A stretch of 57,227 bases of DNA, counting the filler, from Bipalium vagum (Eukaryota), in the NCBI GenBank assembly GCA_037834085.1. It is 3 parts of 3 records of this genome, joined end to end, with 100 filler letters (N's around TTAATTAATTAA, not from the genome) between each part and the next. Parts side by side here need not be neighbours in the genome. Positions count along the whole stretch, not along the records: positions 16,589 to 38,245 come from JBBMKC010233943.1; positions 38,346 to 57,227 come from JBBMKC010016686.1; 1 more part is not named here. One strand, 5' to 3'. The position numbers and the translations under genes are program-made. Shown here piece after piece: positions 25,601 through 38,739 of the stretch (positions within the stretch are counted from its first letter, which is position 1; each line of letters starts with the position of its first letter). The notes under the pieces were generated by a model. That model was given only the letters and a program-made list of their open reading frames with translations, was not told the DNA's origin and made no database searches.

Positions 25601-28600
25601 AAGCATCCGCTTTCTGTTGACTAAAGCAGGATATTTTATGGCTAATTGTTGGTAAATCCGATCGAGTTGAGCAGAATATAACTCAAGAGTAATGATTTGG
25701 CCATCTGGAAGTACATCGAAGTGTTTAATCCCCTCGAAGTTCCATCACACGCACAACATGATCTTTTTTCCGAACCTATCTTGTCTGGAATAACCTTGGG
25801 CTTCTGGCCTGGTTCCAACCGTTGATTTCTCCTGTTCGGATTATAAAAATATATCCATTTTTCGTCGCACTTGACTATGCGACATATAAAGTGTTCATCA
25901 TTTGGATTATTTAATAAATGACGACAGATCGACCTTAAGGTGTACAGCTTGACTTGGCGTCAAATCATGTGGTACTTGAAAACGCGCTTCTTATGTTGAT
26001 GTAGATGACGAACCACGGATGATTGTGATGTTCGGGTCTCAGCCGACAATCTACGCGTACTATTTTATGGATTCATTTCTACGGCTTTGAGAATAGCTTC
26101 CGAATCTACAGTGATGGGACGTCTACTGCGAGGATAATTATAGAGGTCCATGTCTTCCTTGTTGTACAACTTTTGAGCAGTTCTTATGGAAACTGATTTT
26201 TCGCCTTCAACCTCACATATTTTCTTTGTATCATCTATGGCTTTGAAATTCTGCTTCCAGTAATGTTTCAGAAGTATACGGATTGCTAATTTATTCATGA
26301 TTTTTTCTGAATAAATATATGTACATAAACTACATATAACGTAATATAATTAGAGATATCTAACGCATCTCTTTCCCAGGTTTCGAATGGTATGCAACTT
26401 GTTGATATTTAAACTAATGATATATTTAAAATTTGCTTTTAAATTTTATATAGAAAAAACACTCGAACTTATGAATCAACCAAATAATATCAGCAGCACA
26501 TCGGACAACCTCACAGAAACGAAAGAAAACAATAAGTAATTAGAGGTCAGTGAGAGCATGGATGTGAGATGTACGTATTATGAATAATGGCATGATAACT
26601 TGGTGTGCGTTTCGAAATATGTAGTCGAATTATGAACTGCAAATGCTCCATTGTCAGATTTTTTATAGTTTATTCTTGTTACCAGCAATAATGTAGAATG
26701 CTTATTCGTAGAAGTACGTACTTCCAAGTAAAGAGGCTGTTTTATATCAACATAATGAATCTATCATTCGGTGGTACAGCATGGACGTTGAGCAGTTTAG
26801 GGCTTTGAAATATATTTTGAAATGGATTCTTTCTGAAGATTGATGACATCAAACTGTATACATTATTAAGTCATTTCGATGTAGTCTACAAAAGCGTTAT
26901 TAAGAAAGTCAAGTTTCTTTTGAGCAGACTCTGAAATCTTGGAGAGGTTCATCAAATTCATCAAGAGCGCTCCCAACAGCGAGAGATATGGAATCTTAAT
27001 TTCCTTTAGTATTTCTGATGTTATAAAGTCAGGATATCTCTCCATCGAGGTGCATTTTAAGGAGAGATAGTTTTCTCTCTTTTGCTTTTATTTTAAAATA
27101 GAAATAACCTGTTCATTGGTTTGAAGTAACTTGCTCAATCCACTGAGATACCAGGGGATTTATTTTTCACTTTATTCAGTTCATTTTAACCCAAATATTA
27201 TTTTTGGTTTAAAATAAAGATGGTTGTTGTCCACATTTAAATAAAATTTAATAATAAAACTTTTGATGTTCTCAATCATTCTGTTACATATCTTAATAAA
27301 TCATTGTTCCCATGTAATTTTTTAAAAAAATTCTACTACTAGCTCTAATTCTTTAAATTTCTTCAAAGTTCTATAAAGATAAGAAAAATTAAAACAAAGC
27401 ACTTTCTATAATTAAAAAAATTTCCACTGACATCCAATATTTATATTATTCTTGTATAAAAATAATTCTTCTTAATAATACAAGAAATAGTTTTTAGCTC
27501 ACCTCAGAAATATATGAGAAAATTAATTTATTGGCATTCATTATAAAGTTTCAGTTGAAAAATTATTATGTAGATCATAAATAAGTAAATTATTATTATC
27601 AAATAAATAATCATTATTAATAATAACCAGATTAATGCTTATTGTATAATACAATTTAAAATAATATAAATAGAAAATTAAAACTGGTCAGAAATTTTCT
27701 TGATACACAAATTCATTATCTTTTTACAAATAGTAAAAGATCTTGTTTTCCTAAGAAAACCTCTTGTGGTGATTTCCAGTAATCTTTTTCAAGTGAAACG
27801 ATGTGCGAGAATTTTTCATTATTATATAAAAAGTCCCACATGCGAGCTATTTTTGATTATTTTATTTCACTATGTCAATTATGCTAGCCAAACGCGGTCT
27901 TTGCATACTTAGAATAATTTAGGAATAAGATTTTACTGAAAAATTGCCAAGGATAATTACTTGGTAATTCTTAAAATCAGAAATCTCAAATTGAGTTAAT
28001 GACATTACCAAAACATAATTACTTTTCTCTATTGTACTAAAATTATTTAATTCACTTTGACTGGTTTTATTTTTACTTCAATTATTTTATTATTAATATT
28101 ATTATTTTATTGTTACTATAAATTATGTATATTTTAGATTAGGTCAACATTTTTAGATCCAAATGGCGCATTTCAAATTTGCAATGCGTTACGAATGATA
28201 AAGCCAAATGAAATAGCAAATATCCAAGTTACTTTCGAAGCCAAGGAAGAAGGGTTTTATCAAACTAATTGGAGTCTTTTTAGAAAAAAAAAGTCCAACT
28301 TTTTAAAACTGACTTTCAGAGCCAGGGCCATAATTCCAAAGTAATTCAAATTTCATAAAGTTTTTTCCCACGTATTTTATATATATTAACTATATTCAAT
28401 CGCACTTCTTTAGGACCTGTTTTTGGGATTTATAAAAAAAGAATCTATTTTCAGTCAAATTTACAATTAAAATTGAATAAAATTTTTGTTTTTTATCATT
28501 TTAATTTTTTTGGATCAATAAATTAATTAAAAAAATAATTTATTTTTAAATAATTATTTAAAGTTTTATTTAATGCATGTATTTATTGAACATTTATGGG

Positions 28601-31600
28601 TAAACGATTTTACCTACCATAAAGTAAAACAAAAACAAATTTTTCATCACGTTATGCCCAAGACCGTTTTCTAACATTGTTCTGGTATCTAATTCAATTT
28701 TTGACATCCATAATAAGACGTTTTAAGAATGATTCGATAGTTTCTTTTCAGCAATGTTTGGACTATTAAAATTCGGTCTATTAATTTTTTCGGTGTTAAA
28801 TCGTGCGAATCCAAACGTCTATTTTCTTTTTAAAACCAGCTTTCTTTAAATGGTTTCAAACGGTTTGATGATGAATACCGACGTCTTCTGCGATTTCAAG
28901 GCTGGTCAATATGTTTGTCTTCGTCCACCTTCTGAATGATTTTATCGACTTTTTGACATGTTAGTCGGCCAGGATATTCACGAACTGTTCTAACAGATAT
29001 ACGATCTTCACTATAAATCGCACCATTTATTTTTCAAGGCCTGTTGCATTTTTGCCTTTAATGAAATAAAATTTCATAAGGTTTCGATTTTCTTTTTTAT
29101 TTATGTTAAAATGTCAAACTTCTTTAAGCAATTTGAATGCTGTGATTATTAAATTTATATAATTGAAATATTTTAACACAAAATATCAATGTAAATATCT
29201 ATAGAAGTTTTTCACCGCTTATTCACAAAATCGACGGAAACTTTTTAGAAAACCCAATATATAGTTTTTCTATCTATTTTCTATAATTTTATTTTTAATT
29301 AATTTAATAATATAAACAATAATTTAAGTAATTTTTATATATTTTATTAAGAAATGTATTATTTGTGATATTTTTTTATAGTTTTGTTAGGTGTCCAAAT
29401 AAGTTCTTGCCTCTTATCAAATTGACGTTTCATTAAATAGTTTATTACTTATTCCACAGAAATTCGTTTTGTTTTATTAGATTACCTTAAATTAAGAGTG
29501 TAATTTGATATTTTAAATAACTATAATTCATATTTTAAGTTTATTAATAAAAATGACTGACAGAAATTCAATCATTCGTTGCGGTTTACTGTATGAAATG
29601 CTTCAGATATCAGTCGATTTGTTCAGCATTTAAAAGTGTAGAAAAGGAAAAAACTTTTTTTCATGCGAGAAGTTTGGTTCTGATTATCAAAATCTGGAAG
29701 ATGTACCAAAATCTTGGAGTTCAGTTAACATGAAAAATTATTATTTGAGAAAAACAATTCAATCAGATTCAAATGAAACATGTAAGAAATTTGATATTTA
29801 ATGTCAACGAAGAAGCAATCAGATTTCATATGCATGAAATTGGAAAATAAATTAGTTATACATTTCTTAATGCCAGAGGATAGATTCCAAAGACTGATAA
29901 TATGCTCTTCTCGACTTAATCGAATTAAAGTAGAAATATTTTCCAATGATAAATATTGATTTCAGTGATCTTGAAGGTCGTGGCCACTATGGAAATGTTA
30001 GCAACTGTAAACTTTGGAACTTAATAAACTTGACACCCTCAAATCAACACGAAAGACTGCTTTAGATTCCACTGTTAATCAAAAAACTACCCTGCGTAGA
30101 TATGAAAGATAAAAATAGACAAATGAATATCACCTCAACCAAACCACAAACAAAAAATTCTTCGTTTTTATATTACTTACATAACTTTCTGAAACACGTG
30201 AAACCATCGCAGAGGTGTAATATTGCCAAGATCTCGAAGTTACCAAAAGCTTCTTGTATTGGTCAACAGAAGGGCCAAATCCTTTTATACAATAATTTGT
30301 ACAAATAGAAGCTCCGAGTTTGTTTAAGAAATTCTTACTACTAACTACATTTACCAAACCTTTCCCTGGACCACGTTTAAAAATTTTGATCAATTCATGC
30401 AGAATAAACAGCTCAACAACAGTGAAGCTGTTGCAAATGCTATTCGACCTTTATTGATTCCAGAACTCCGGAATTTTATGATATTGGACTAAATAAGTTT
30501 GTTTCTCTTCGGCATATAGGCATTGAACCTAATGGATCTTATTTTGATGAACAAAGTTTATTTTTGACTGAGTTATGTGTTTTAATGTTAGTAAATAATA
30601 TCCAGCTCAAATTATACACATACCTAATAATTTAAATTATTTAAACAATTAATATTAATAGTATATAAACATAAAATGTTATATATTAAATATTATTAAT
30701 TCTGATAAAAAGTTTAAAATAAAAGTTATTAAAAAATGTTTAAATAAAAAATTTCGTTTTGAATTTTGATAAGTAAATTATCATAGGTCACATTTTAAGC
30801 ATAAACAAAAATATGAAATATAAAGTACAGGTTTTAGTTATTAACCTTGAACCATTCGTAGAATATGCAGTCATTAAAAAGAATAAAAGAACGATATTTA
30901 ATGATTAAAAATTTTTTCTAATAATTAAATTTATTTATTAAATATTTTAATTCATGTTATTTTTTATATTTTGAAGTTATTATTAATTTTCAAATATTCT
31001 TGTTCTTTTTAGATTAGAGTTCAAAGAATTAGCAAATGGTGTATTCAAAGCTGGTGTTGTTTTAGCAAATGAGTTTTGCGAAAGACCCCTTACAATTGTA
31101 AATGATAGCAGTTTGGACGTGGATTATAACTTCGAATTTCTTAAAGAATCTAAGAATTTACAAATTGAATCAGTTAACAATAAAAATGGATCATCCGTTT
31201 TTAACATTGTACCACACAAGGGAACAATTGCAGCTGGTTTATTATTATCCTAATATTTCAATTTATTACAAAATTTTAGGGAAGAGCCAAACGCTGACTG
31301 TAGGGTTTTATCCAGATCATGCCAGTGACTTTTATTTAGAAGCTGTGAAATGCCTATTGTTTGATAAAGTATTTCCTTTTTTTAAAAGTATTTCATGTAA
31401 ATATACATATTTAGGTAGAGTTAACCAGTTTTATGATTTCTGGAGAGGCCAAGTCAAGTACAGTGTACTTAAAGTTTCCCAAGAATGAAGAAAATTTCAA
31501 AGAATATTTGGGAGAATCTTGGGCTAACGGAGCTTTCAAAACTGAGGGTTAATCACATTTCATTTTATATTTTAATATAGATTTTTTTCACCGTTAAACA

Positions 31601-34600
31601 ATTTTTGATTACATTGTATCATGTTTAAGTAGTGATTATCATTCAAAACTGTTTGAGATCATCAAACACCAAACTGAGTACATTTATTTTAATTTATTAA
31701 AAAAATAAATATAAATATTATGGGGATGGAATAATTTCGGTCTTTAATCAAAATGAAAACATTGAAGTTGATCATAATGAATTAATTTTCAAATATTGAT
31801 ACATTTACTATATCTGTCAACGAAAAATTTTGAAACTAAGGATTTTAAGTGTATTTTATTGAAAAATCTAGTTTCGAAATTTTTAGGTTTCTAAAACAAT
31901 GTACATTAATGAATACATTAGACGAGATTCTGAAGGAAGGAAAGTTGGTTCAACGATAATTGAGCAAAATTGCAATTATTAGTATTAGTATTATTATTAT
32001 ATAACGACAGTTTGGTCATTCCCGAGGGGTGTCGTAATAAAGAGGTTTAACTGTAATTTTTAATTTTTATCCACTGGATGATTATGTAATCAAATTGGTA
32101 AACCTCTAATAACGGTAATTTGGCCGTTCCCGAGGGGTGTGGTTATAAAGAAGTTTAACTGTATATGTAAGAACAATTTTTTTGTGTACAATGTACAATA
32201 TTTTGTGTCCATAAAAAATGAATTTACCCTAATAATCGAATTTAAAGAAATCATGAATTGTTTCAAAACACATTAATATTAACGATAAAAAATTGATTGT
32301 TTCGTAACATAAATTATTAAAACATCAAGAAACAGTTACAGAGAGAGTTATCAACTGCAATTGAAATAGTTGAATGATAAACTGATAAAAAGGTCTGCAA
32401 TACTAGCAATGGACATTGAGGACATTACATATTTAAAGCAATGTTATGCCTAAAATATTAGTCTTCGAACCTAATGTTCTGTTTGTATTTTTTATACCGC
32501 TTAACTTATTTTTTTCGCACTGTTTATAAATTTAATTTTAAAAAATTAATTTCAGTTTTAAATGTTTTTATGATATCTCAAGTTGGTGTGGATAAAACAT
32601 CCTGAGACTCTATCGACATTATTTTCACCGAGTTCACATTTCCTGAAGTTCCTCTCAAAATATTCTTTAAAAATATATTCACTTTATCATTCCTTCTCTT
32701 CTCTTCTTCGTTTATCTCTTTTACCCTTCCATGAAATATAATAAATATATGCCATATATATAATACGTGTATAAGCAGTTGTCAAGCTAATTTTGGTTGT
32801 TGTTTGTCAATAACTTCACTGTAAAGGTTTATTTGTTTAAATTATTCAAATATTTTGTTGACAAAAAATAATTCTTGCACTCATCTCAAACTAAATTTAT
32901 TAATTAATTATTAATTAGAAGAACATTAAATGTGATAATATCTACTTTATAATTTTTATTAAAAAAAGATTTAAATTCACTTTTTTGTTAATGAAGTTTT
33001 GAATTTTTTGCTTATTACTGAATATGTAATATCGTAATTTTCATTTTCCTGAGATCTTATTTTATTAACACATTTTCTATATTCTATATCTTAAATATTT
33101 TGTCAGAAAGAAATTTGCAACATTTCGTATATTGTCTTTCTTGTTTAATGAAAGCTAAACATTTCAGAAGCAACTGTTCTTGAAACTCCAGTGTTACACC
33201 AGCCTTTAATTTTGCAAGCGTTTAATACAGAGGATGGAAAAATTCAAGAAACCAATGGTTCATTTTTGATAGGATGTGTGAAAAGTTTAAGTGGAACTCA
33301 GAAAAAGGTATATTCTTAATAATGAAACCGACAATATTAATACTAAGTTATTCGTATTTCTTTAGAGTGCAGAATTCACCATAGATAATTTAAACATACT
33401 AAATTCTCTTGGCTTCAAAGTGGAACCAGTTAAGGTAATAAAATTATTAATAATGATATATATTGATTCTCTTTTCTATTAAAGTATTTTTAATCGATGT
33501 CTTTGTGATTATTCAGTTGGGAACTATCTCTACTACCACAAAATTGACATAAACAAAAGTTTCCGCAATAATCATATAATAGTAATATCATAATATATTT
33601 AATTCGTCTATATATTTCCGTTCTGAATTAAAAGAATTTTCCATGCATTCCATTGTGTATACTCAACAGTTTAAAATCTTTTTTATATTCCTTGGCCCCT
33701 TTTTTCAGTACGCCGAAATAAGATGAGAGTGTAAAAATAGAGTTAGAATTATAGTGGGTACGAAAATTTCACAATTGTAATAGGTTGTATCAAAAGTTTC
33801 TGTTAATTCAAAATTCACACAAACTGTAATGCATTATATGAAAAATAACACAAAATATTTATTATTTTTAAAATAAGAACCGCCATTAAGTACAGCATTT
33901 TCTATGAACAATTTTTCTTATTTGTTCACAGTATCATTCTTTAGACTTTGTAGTAAAGAACGTCCAGGATAATTTTTCTACTTTAAGATGATCAAAACAA
34001 TGTTCTCTAAAAGGTGTTCCATTGATCGAAAAAAAAACAAAATCTGAGGTTGATAGATCTGAAGTATAAGGAGGATAATACAAGAGTACAATCTTATAAA
34101 GTGTAGAATATTTATATATTGCGTCAATCGTTCTCGGTACCTAGCGCATCTTCATGCTGATAAAACAGCTACTTTCTAGTGATTTAATTTCGATATTTTC
34201 TTTTCGAAAAATTTGTTGACTCTGTCAAGCAGCTTACAGTAAAGCTGAGTAGTACTGTCTCGAAACGAATTATGCCATCATAATTCAAATGAAATAAAAT
34301 TCCAATATTACCTATTTTCCAAATCGATTCTTTTGGACAATAATATTTAGGAGGAATATTTTGCAGGAGGTTGATCATGTAACATTCAATATTTAATTTT
34401 CCCTTGATTAATGATAATGAAATAGACAAAAATTCAGTTAATAGTGAAATGAGTGTTGATGATAATGTTATTTTTGTTTTACTTTGTTGAAATGCAGTTT
34501 TCATTTTGAGAAAATGACATAACTTCATAGATATTTATATTTTTTTATTTTAAAAGGGTCAAATTGAAATAAACACTGAAAAAACAGTCAATGTTATATG

Positions 34601-34754
34601 GAATCCTCCACAAAATTATCAGGTTTTTTTTTATAAGAATGCATTTTTATAATATATTAAGATTGGGTCAATTGTGTCGACATGCTTAGCAGTAAACATC
34701 AAAGGAGAAACAACAACTTTACACTTAATTGAACTCAGAGGTTTTATCTTATGA
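16937..34754 (+). CDS. CFAP74: Cilia- and flagella-associated protein 74 (5'-partial, multi-exon)
   Basis: Phase-consistent GT-AG exons: 16937-17062, 17116-17177, 17284-17345, 18973-19133, 20975-21184, 22560-22877, 22923-23056, 23809-24085, 24434-24595, 24639-24913, 24960-25125, 28138-28340, 31013-31236, 31280-31368, 31415-31547, 33168-33307, 33366-33434, 34557-34622, 34662-34754 (TGA). Recognised motifs: AIDVPV..ICMFDRLYQD, LDFGYCTI..N.SILPQEFGF, GVKPPLE, NTLFLELHCP, LDPNG.F...NALR, F.PDHAS. Exons 2-3 are the least certain. Confidence 0.92.
17544..18310 (+). mobile_element. Tigger/pogo-like DNA transposon, internally deleted (CFAP74 intron)
   Basis: Perfect 21-bp TIR CAGTTATATCTCGTTACTATG with TA on both sides; transposase pieces ASDG*LDNFK, MDETGL, LVIGASKRPR, YKANAKT*MT, RRVLVCLD. 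Confidence 0.9.
22030..22405 (-). mobile_element. Tc1/mariner-superfamily transposase N-terminal remnant
   Basis: Decayed HTH-like reading SYSTITKNVGVT*STVQKAI...GFKSYK; no clear TIR pair. Confidence 0.4.
25304..26484 (-). mobile_element. mariner element, decayed (CFAP74 intron)
   Basis: TIRs TTGGGTTGATTCATAAGTTCG / CGAACTTATGAATCAACCAAA with flanking TA; ORF 26065-26298 (HTH, PRSRRP); VPHDLT and CDEKWIY motifs. Confidence 0.9.
28640..29257 (-). mobile_element. mariner 5' remnant
   Basis: TIR-like TTGGGTTTTCTAAAAAGTTTCCGTCG on minus at 29257; HDLTPKKLIDRILI, LLKRN, NVRKRSW. Confidence 0.7.
29387..30627 (+). mobile_element. Decayed mariner with an unrelated internal segment
   Basis: TTAGGT...ACCTAA ends; MTDRNSIIRCGLLYE start; IEPNGSYFDE end. 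The part at about 29960-30400 does not look like mariner and weakly resembles a Penelope RT thumb. Confidence 0.6.
32001..32163. repeat. Two direct copies of a pogo-type transposon end
   Basis: TTCCCGAGGGGTGT..T.ATAAAGA.GTTTAACTGTA at about 32018-32054 and 32127-32163, each ending ACTG-TA. Confidence 0.6.
33781..34310 (-). mobile_element. mariner 3' remnant
   Basis: NYDGIIRFE, PYTSDLSTSDF, FRSMEHLL, VLNGGSYF; TIR-like TAGGTTGTATCAAAAGTTT at 33781. Confidence 0.7.
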
Positions 34755-34999
34755 ATTCTGTCTTTGAAATATATTTCTAGTTTTTTTTATTAACTGAGTT
34801 TAAATGAAAATGACTTTTATATATAATATTTTAAAAAAAAACTGTTACTTCTATTTATTTGTCTCACCAAAATTGTATTAAAATATCATCCAGGAATTAC
34901 TACTATGAATGATACTTATAATAAGTTCCTGTACAGCTAAATCGCATTAATACTAAGTTTTCAACATAAAGCATATTTTACTTTATTAAAGAAATCACA

Positions 35000-35080
35000 C
35001 CTCGGATGTAGCTTCGTGCCACTGACCTTTCGATCAAGCACATTTATCAGTGATCCGAATCTGTGGTTCCTCTCGTACTG
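35000..35080 (-). rRNA. 28S (LSU) rRNA fragment, about 80 nt, containing the sarcin-ricin loop (dispersed pseudogene)
   Basis: Minus strand CAGTACGAGAGGAACCACAGATTCGGATCACTGATAAATGTGCTTGATCGAAAGGTCAGTGGCACGAAGCTACATCCGAGG. It has the SRL AGTACGAGAGGAAC (35079-35066) and the conserved GAAGCTAC at the expected spacing. Confidence 0.88.
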
Positions 35081-35665
35081 TGAAAAAGAATTTGTGAATA
35101 ATTGAAAATAAATTAATTTACAATAATCCAGTTCAAGGAAAATTTTATTAATCAAAATATAATCCTTATGAAATCAGTAATTTACGTAAACGAGATTTAA
35201 ATGTCTAATTTCATATTTTAAATAGGGATTATTCATTTATTCTAGGACTGGAATAATTTCTGTTCCAGGAGGGAAGATGATTAATAAAACATTTGAAAAT
35301 TAACAGAGTCTATAAGCGGATCGACATTGAATTAGACAAAATTAAAAAATAATGTTTATTCAGATTTTCGGAAATCGAAAAGATGATAGAAGTTACTGTA
35401 AATACGTTTATGAATCACAAGTAATTTTAATGACACATAAGAAAGTGAATAAAAGATATTCAAAATTTCTTATGCAAATGAATTCAAAAGTTCTAAACTT
35501 GCAGAGAAACATTAAAAAACGTAGATAGATGCCCAGAAAAGACTTTCTGAATAGTTTATCTCAAAATCAAAGACGTCTTTTGGGTTACTATCCATAAATT
35601 AATTGAAAGATTATAAAAATGTGTCTAGCAATGCATCTTGTTAAATTATCTTTGCTCTGTTATTA

Positions 35666-36941
35666 TTAGGTAACCAATAAAGTTCGTGCGGTTTTTTTAA
35701 ATAACGCCTATTATGATACATTTTATTGATACTTATTGATAGGAATTATTTATATTGTTTTATTTCGGTTAGGTAATATTTTTTCTTTCAATTAATTCTA
35801 AAAAAAATTTAGAAAAGATTGTTTAAAAAGTTCAATTACTTAGTCAAAATGGCCTTTCAAAAAGCGCTAATTCGAAGTAGTTTACTCTATGAATACAAAC
35901 TTGGCACGAAATCTGCCGAAGCTGCGCGAAAAATATGTAGGGAGTTCGGAGATGATGCTGTAAGCGATCGTGCAGCACAAAAGTGGTTAAAAAAATTTTC
36001 ATTGGGGGATTTCAGCCTAACCGATGAAGCACGTTCTGGAAGACCAACGGTCATTGATAACAACAATCTCAAAGAAGTGATCGATGCAAATTACAGTTTA
36101 ACGTGCTTAGAGCTTGCAAAAAAGTTAAATGTGAGCGATGAAACCATTCGGGTTCACCTTCACCAGCTGGGGAAGAAGTGGAAATTAAGTAAACGGGTCC
36201 CACATGATTTGTCAGAATCCAACAAAATAAGCAGCTTTTCCATTTGTTCAGCAAGCTTATCAAGATATGAAAAAGAGTCCTTTCTCAATCGATTATTAAC
36301 CTGCGATGAAAAATGGCTATTATTCAGCAATAATAAGCGATCTCATTATTAGTTATCCTCAACTGCTCCAATACCGCATACTCCAAAGAGCCCCTTAATT
36401 CCAAAAAAGATTTTATTTTGTGTTTGGTGGACAGCAGTGGGAATTATTCATTATGAATTCTTGGAAAGTGGTCAAACCATCACCGCTGCAGTCTATTGTG
36501 ATCAGCTTGAGCAAGTAAAAGCAGCACTTATCCAGAAACAACCTTCTTTGACCAATCGAAAGAATGTGCTCTTCTTACAAGGCCTCATATCCCACGATTA
36601 ACCAATGAAAAAAATTCTGAGCTTGGCTGGGAAACATTACCACATCCACCTTATCCTCCAGATATTTCCCCAAGTGATTACCTTCTTTTCCTATCTCTGG
36701 ACAATTTTATGAGGCAGCGGCAATTCCAAACTCGAGATGATGTTATCGATACGGTCCGTATTTGTTTCGATTCCAAATCGAAATATTTTTACAAAACCGG
36801 CATACAACATTTAGTGACACATTGGCAGAATATTATAAAGTGTGGTGGTGATTATTTCGATGATTGATATTGTATTTGTGTTTTCTAATAAATCTTTGTA
36901 TTTTTTGAGCTAAAACCGCACGAACTTTATTGGATACCTAA
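35666..36941 (+). mobile_element. Near full-length mariner (DD34D), inactive
   Basis: TIRs TTAGGTAACCAATAAAGTTCGTGCGGTTTT / AAAACCGCACGAACTTTATTGGATACCTAA with TA flanks. Transposase 35849-36867 has VPHDL, TCDEKW, PYPPDISPSDY, a premature TAG at 36350-36352 and a deletion of the second catalytic D (LQ[DNA]RPH). Confidence 0.95.
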
Positions 36942-37169
36942 TAAAACAACCAACATTAATTATTATGTATGTAAGTGATTAAATTATCATGTATCTGAAA
37001 TTATTAAAAAAAATTTGACATTTTTTATTATTATTTTAATATTGAAATTATTATTATTTCATATTTATTACTTTTATTACAGTTAATTAAAAAGTATTTC
37101 ATATTGTTAGTTACTTTTTTAGATTTTTAAAAAATAATATTAATCAGAGAATACATTGAAAATCAATTG

Positions 37170-37800
37170 GGTTTTGCTTTCTCCCATTTGAATGTTAATC
37201 TCTGGTTGCCGTTCTTTTATTTATAACGATTCGCATACCTTCCTTTCATCGTTATATCAAATTATTTATAATTATATGAAATTCTTCAGTGCTAACTTAA
37301 CCTTTACGCACCACAAAATTCAATGAATGGTCTAAAACTTTATTGGTTCTTAATTGCGAATGTTTACTAATACGTGTTCTGAGTTGACGCTGTCTCCCCT
37401 ATGTATAGGCTATTGTACTCATGACGCTTAAATTCGTATATGATATTAGTTTGCAATATTCCAGGTGTTGGCGTTTTGATTTTTAAATAATTTTTCGTTT
37501 TTGCTGTCGTTGTAATTACTTTTAGATCTTTATACTCAACAGCTTTTGATATTATGTTCTTGATAAAACCATTGAAGAACAGAAAATATATAAAGTAAAT
37601 GATACATTTGAATTTTATAATTTCATTAAAACTTATGAAAAAAAATCAATTAATGAATATTTAGTAACATTCAATGTAACTAGTCTTTTCACCAATGCTC
37701 TTATTTTAAAACAATTGATCTATGCATTCATTTGTGGAATAATAAAACAAATAAAGAAATCATGGATGAGATAGCTCTACGACAGTTATTATAATTTAGT
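37170..37800. mobile_element. Penelope-like retroelement fragments in opposite orientations
   Basis: Minus about 37360-37460: TNIIYEFKRHEYNSLYIGET (GIY-YIG). Plus about 37650-37800: EYLVTFNVTSLFTNAL..TIDLCI (RT motif LVSFDVxSLFT). Confidence 0.65.
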
Positions 37801-38245
37801 GCAAGTGTTAAGTCCCTTAAGTTTGGAGCTAACACTAAGAGCTTAACGAGTAGAAGGTTGACTTTTATGCGTGTTCGAAAATATGATTTTTAATCGACTG
37901 AGAAAACTAATTACTTTTTCAAAACTTTATTAACACTAAAAAATTTGGTTTTTACAAGTTAAGAGTGATTGCCGTTTAAACAATCCTCTACAAGAAATTT
38001 TTTCCAGGTTTTACGCTTAATTAAAGGACAGAAATCTTTTCACCACCCTAATTATTGTGTGAACTACGAAAAATAAAAGATCTGCGACAGAAGTGAAGAA
38101 GTACACAAAAACAATTATTTGATTTTAGGGCTGAACCCTAACACTTATTTATAAGAATGTTAATTACTACAGTTGTGTAATTTTATTAAAAATTACCAAC
38201 TGGAAGATTTAAGTTTGAAATATTATTTATTTATTATTTTATTAA

Positions 38246-38345
38246 NNNNNNNNNNNNNNNNNNNNNNNNNNNNNNNNNNNNNNNNNNNNTTAATTAATTA
38301 ANNNNNNNNNNNNNNNNNNNNNNNNNNNNNNNNNNNNNNNNNNNN
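38246..38345. other. Artificial assembly spacer
   Basis: 44 N + TTAATTAATTAA + 44 N, identical to 16489-16588. Confidence 0.97.
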
Positions 38346-38739
38346 AAAACTGCAATTATAGGCGAATTCAAACAAGTGCTGCAACAGAATTATTTAAACA
38401 AATGAAATGAAAATCATAATACCTAGATGATTATAATTATCAAAAATAAGATAGATTTTATTAAATTGATATTTTTTCTTTATCAGGCCGAGAACTTTTC
38501 ACCTCATCCTCGATTATTGCAATAAAGTTAACCTAAAGATAGTCTACACTTTCACACTCGTTAATAGTTTTAATATTTTTACAATATAGATTAATGTATA
38601 TTTTGGTACTTCCAATATTAATGTAAAGTCTCATTATCTCAAATAGAATACACTATCAGATTTGTTCAAGTAATGTAATTTATCGATCCTAAAGAGATCT
38701 TATTTCAACCTTTTCACAAGAAGTTAGGTTTTAATAGGC

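Noticed and set aside
32001-32163. CRISPR-like repeat-spacer unit
   Set aside because: Only two degenerate copies, transposon-type ACTG-TA ends, eukaryotic intron context and no cas genes.
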